NCBI GenBank assembly: GCA_026026165.1
Contig: JAPEUD010000054.1
Coordinates: forward strand, 124,001 to 172,749
Direction of reading: 5' to 3'
Length of the DNA: 48,749 nt
Origin: Sarea resinae
Lineage: Eukaryota
Under the pieces are notes generated by a model. That model saw only the letters and a list, made by a program, of their open reading frames with translations. It was not told where the DNA came from and did no database searches. The translations under genes and the position numbers were made by a program. This document shows positions 48,395 through 48,749 of this stretch, piece after piece. Numbering within the stretch: position 1 is the stretch's first letter; each line of letters opens with the position of its first letter.

Positions 48395-48749
48395 TAGATA
48401 GTAAAAGTTTCGATGTTATTACACTAGAGGCCTCTCTAGTTGTAGAGCACTATGCATATTACTAGGGCTTTAGTGAATATATACGAAATATCTAATTTGC
48501 AAAACAAAGCTAAAAGCTCTATACATTAGACAAACTTTCTAGTAACCTCCTCTTTAAGCTAATTTATAACAAATAAAAAAATAGTGATATATATAATTAT
48601 ACTTATCTGTATAGCTATAGATTGTTAGAAGGTAGCACAAAGATATAAGTAGAGGAAGGTGCTAAAGAAGTGTAGTAAGAATGATTGTGTATTGTGAACT
48701 TAGAGATTCTAGCTATAGAGGTGTAAGGCAGTCAATATATAGACTTGAC
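48395..48749. mobile_element. AT-rich, TpA-enriched segment, probable RIP-degraded repeat/transposon relic running off the window
   Basis: Abrupt shift to AT-rich sequence dominated by TAG/CTA/TATA/TAA words (e.g. tagtgaatatatacgaaatatcta, atagctatagattgttagaaggtag), no ORF. Element class not identifiable. Confidence 0.55.

Overview
Eukaryotic DNA from a filamentous ascomycete (Pezizomycotina-type short GT-AG introns with CTAAC/CTGAC-like branch points). I reconstructed 13 protein-coding genes by hand. In order: the 3' part of a Vam6/Vps39/TGFBRAP1-family gene, a ferric reductase (FRE/NOX family), a GH55 exo-beta-1,3-glucanase, a class I/II aminotransferase, a conserved fungal hypothetical protein, SEC63, a large gelsolin-repeat protein, a six-exon ARL2/CIN4 almost absent from the ORF track, a large GNAT protein, DRS1, a peroxisomal acyl-CoA thioesterase (C-terminal SKL), CPS1/DIP2-like and 2-isopropylmalate synthase. 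The window ends in an AT/TpA-rich, probably RIP-mutated repeat relic. I found no tRNA, rRNA, CRISPR or intact mobile element, and no clearly new gene system. The most interesting signals are regulatory and unproven: a possible non-AUG mitochondrial presequence on the isopropylmalate synthase, Ssd1/GUL-1-type CNYTCNYT motifs upstream of the glucanase and the reductase, a recurring intergenic GTACTCCGGAGTAC palindrome paired with TACC(T) arrays, three stop-free 54-nt introns, many AAG splice acceptors, and a PTS1 confined to a final exon behind a weak donor.
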